DNA of 64,000 nucleotides, taken from contig QPGO01000032.1 of assembly GCA_008632985.1 (NCBI GenBank), positions 59,330-123,329 of the forward strand, given 5' to 3'. Every line of letters starts with the position of its first letter. Position 1 is the first letter of the stretch. The notes beneath the pieces were generated by a model. It saw only the letters and a program-made list of their open reading frames with translations, did no database searches and was not told the origin of the DNA. Both the position numbers and the translations under genes were made by a program. Below are positions 62,601 through 64,000 of this stretch, one piece after another. This stretch comes from Psammoneis japonica (lineage: Eukaryota).

Positions 62601-63028
62601 CCAACAACAAATGGTTGGAGTTCGCCATTGGCATGTTGTTGGGACAAAAGCAGAAGCTTTGTCCTCCACTGGCTGCATCAATGAAGTGGCATGCATGCAA
62701 GAAGCGTCAGAAAATGGCAGCTGGCAAGAGAGGATTCTTCGATTTGACCACCCACGTTGCCGATGACATCGTTCTTTGTCGGTTGACAAACAATCACTGC
62801 ATTGCTTTGCATGGTGGTTGGATCTTCGACTCCAGTCATGAATTCGCTCTTCCAGCAAAAGACATTCAGTGGTTGAATTGGTGTTCAGGGAATGACACAT
62901 TTGAAATGGATGCACTGGTGGAAGATCCAAAATCAGCAGTGGAGGAAGCAGTTTTTTTTGAAATGCCGAAGGCTGTCCAAACAAGGTTGCGTAAACGCAA
63001 GCGGCAAGATGATGCAATTGCAGGTTAA
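59630..63028 (+). CDS. 1132-aa cargo protein: acidic N-terminus, GNAT-like domain, Cys cluster, C-terminal papain-like (Cys-His-Asp) domain; hypermutated
   Basis: IVDCVRV...HGLCPFLISLAQ...QCHCESLGF reads as GNAT motifs once Tyr is restored. QQGEKDTCVFSSLAS and NHCIALHGGWIFDS fit a C39-like peptidase triad. Confidence 0.55.
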   Translation: MSRDNGMKALAKAAVVASREENEEIRLSQEENNHNSQEEDVEEEEEEMLEEMRTSEEDKEAVNSKEMDNDASQEKKDAGSLPKSSKSKEGDIQHIPTKLRRFVNAIKHDMSKRVRDNVHRTCPLFTVVNPSTEPKSLTTLANSGCGPNDRGKKCILLHHNQKGLSSDFGKEASKKARAAVKDFLLREFNQENEGDIVDLLNNKHTHILGICAMPKNQESGKLATDLVAALLHRCIELVPVTIVDCVRVDRGAKAHDHGLCPFLISLAQSIGCTVVGTWDTMLHCQVKLKQCHCESLGFEDITEEMNEEPSWERARHHWNWSALIKEDGDNTGALMVKRRVTTRCAKIALPISHTEDDFQCNVKHWRDRVGFWSSKKRPADQCQDLVDQEKDLIYKSSVVMVGNATLDSFKDSWQKHMDGRQWFDIGKCIYESYEHCVGASDANQVKSHFKTTALFAASVNFSHQMSELANDETWKRAAFRSRTSELAQRAKCVRGKFNATAESGADNRKYVLSPKCHQRSRSDSDEDMEMEMPLGDDGATCQLLESICLKCNTCNMVFPIDYNQEDQGGLSPAATLFSVLAGPCCDHAMCVPGKCPICTAQSKSAVYELLVGAAQEDRETLKDLEKRQVWLNKKDFFLPPLRHIAIWCKEAEQLHWHQINRLFRQCHFTELAKEAMLDKKFSARGNKREKKEPKPQEGDGDPEEEESESEPEDQGLLVSRRKVLSARDKKCQDLHHEARMHCEDAKELERLHGFEWVDRATRPDESEVPGDAVDCEGPVLCGWFEDFKHGRTFAEDHFGATNDKDIGGGPMNLVRAAIEEAKQKPNTRVIFNARQKRQIGKRADHAMNNGQVHKVRRLTAKELTKEGLAADDDFEGPEGTPAFVGVGTRKKPCCCTMEWARANFQQRCPTVYKAMCDWEPGKKWHRLPEGHVSDKSGLEFPSSGPPVKHQQGEKDTCVFSSLASVLNYIGDERMERCVVSCMDHSCRSENTNNKWLEFAIGMLLGQKQKLCPPLAASMKWHACKKRQKMAAGKRGFFDLTTHVADDIVLCRLTNNHCIALHGGWIFDSSHEFALPAKDIQWLNWCSGNDTFEMDALVEDPKSAVEEAVFFEMPKAVQTRLRKRKRQDDAIAG

Positions 63029-64000
63029 TTCTTCTTGCTTGGCATGGTTGTCGGGGCCAACGATTTCCAGGCATGCAGGCGTTTGCGAGTCACCAATGTT
63101 TTGCTGACAAGCCCGGCCTTTTCTGCAGCACGCAACAGTTGGCACGTTTGCGGCAGTGTGCAAGGCTTCCCACCAAGGACATTCATCATGAGCCCCTTAG
63201 TTTGAAAACATGTGCCCGCGGGTTGATCCGCAAAATGACTGAGCAATTTGTGTGTGCCATTCATTTCCTCGTCCATGCACGGGTGTGCGTTTAACCAACA
63301 GCGGCATCCATCAACAATGCATTGGCTCACAAGAGGCTTCGTCCACTGATCGTGCTTTTGGACTTTCACGTTGTCCAATGGGGTGGCGCAAAGCAAAGGA
63401 AGGAAACGATTCTTGGTCGCTGGCGTCAGATCACTTCGTTTCACAGGAGCAAACACAAGCAAGCCGCTGCCCCACGCATCTTGCTCTGTCACTTTGAGTT
63501 TCTTTAGGACAGTTTGTCAACGCTCGGCTGTGAGATAAAACTGTAAAGTTGCAGTCTTCCATGTCATGATAATTTGTTTACAATCCATGCCCGTGGAGGC
63601 ACCACGATTGGGAAGAGATGATGTCATGCTGCAAAACCGATTGCAATGATCGGGTTTTGCTAAAACTGTGCCAGCTTGCAGCCATTTGCCCATGGCAACA
63701 CAGGCAACAGCATCAACAAAATGCTTGGGTTTAGCCAGGCATGACAGCATGCATCCACTGCGTCCGCCTGTCATAATTTCGTCAACAACAATCTTAAAGG
63801 AATGGTGGTGAGCCAACCAACCGAGAGATTCTAGAAAGTTGTCGCTGAGTGTTGCGCCATTGTTTGCCAGCATTGATTCTAAAAACAATGCAGTGATTGG
63901 CACCTTCTTTGCAGCCTGCATCAAACAACGGAGATGAATGTGGTTGAGACAATCGTTTTCGCACTCACTGAGCTCCGCGGAGCTCAGAGTGCCTGGCATG
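63025..64000 (-). pseudogene. Class-III PLP-dependent aminotransferase-like cargo gene, 5' part beyond the window, one internal TGA
   Basis: ALFLESMLANNG, IVVDEIMTGGRSG, VAMGKW and AWGSGLLVF. ORFs 63517-63999 and 63025-63492 are in frame across a TGA at 63517-63519. Confidence 0.75.

Larger units (their letters stand above)
50240..64000. mobile_element. Large (>13 kb, right end beyond the window) Plavaka/CMC-like DNA transposon with cargo genes; left end approximate
   Basis: Transposase-like ORF, several intronless long ORFs on both strands, internal tandem repeat, short repeated motifs at the left end, uniform TpA depletion from about 50510. Confidence 0.7.

Noticed and set aside
6650..64000. 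Classical fungal RIP or plain CpG deamination as the sole explanation
   Set aside because: C>T processes cannot remove TpA or turn Tyr codons into Cys or His; RIP increases TpA. CpG decay is present but is an additional layer.

Overview
Eukaryotic DNA, most likely from a pennate diatom (ASAF plastid-targeting motif, CoDi-type copia element, diatom-type LRR, GPCR and vWA families, short GT-AG introns). Islands of ordinary host genes (vWA-like CaaX protein, low-complexity protein, secreted Cys-rich protein, RNI-like LRR protein, organellar AsnRS, CPSF30-like CCCH-YTH-DCD protein) alternate with five transposon-derived blocks at about 1-780, 6650-27130, 29470-38890, 43810-46610 and 50510-64000. 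These blocks contain a complete Ty1/copia element (7847-15072, 245-bp LTRs, TCCCA target duplication), two CRE-clade non-LTR retrotransposons, MITEs, a gypsy-like gag remnant and a >13-kb Plavaka/CMC-like DNA transposon. Main observation 1: every transposon block, but no host gene, has lost most of its TpA dinucleotides, which have become TpG or CpA. Conserved Tyr residues are replaced by Cys or His (RT YVDD reads CVDD and HVDD), and the two LTRs differ mostly by CA<->TG swaps. This looks like a repeat-targeted DNA hypermutation system acting after insertion, opposite in direction to fungal RIP and superimposed on CpG decay. Main observation 2: the large DNA transposon carries a TET/JBP-like HxD..N / RxxxxYxR protein with a helical HhH-like tail, a class-III PLP aminotransferase-like protein and a GNAT plus papain-like protein, a combination reminiscent of thymidine-hypermodification pathways. 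All domain calls are by-eye motif recognition and all counts are manual; no searches were run.
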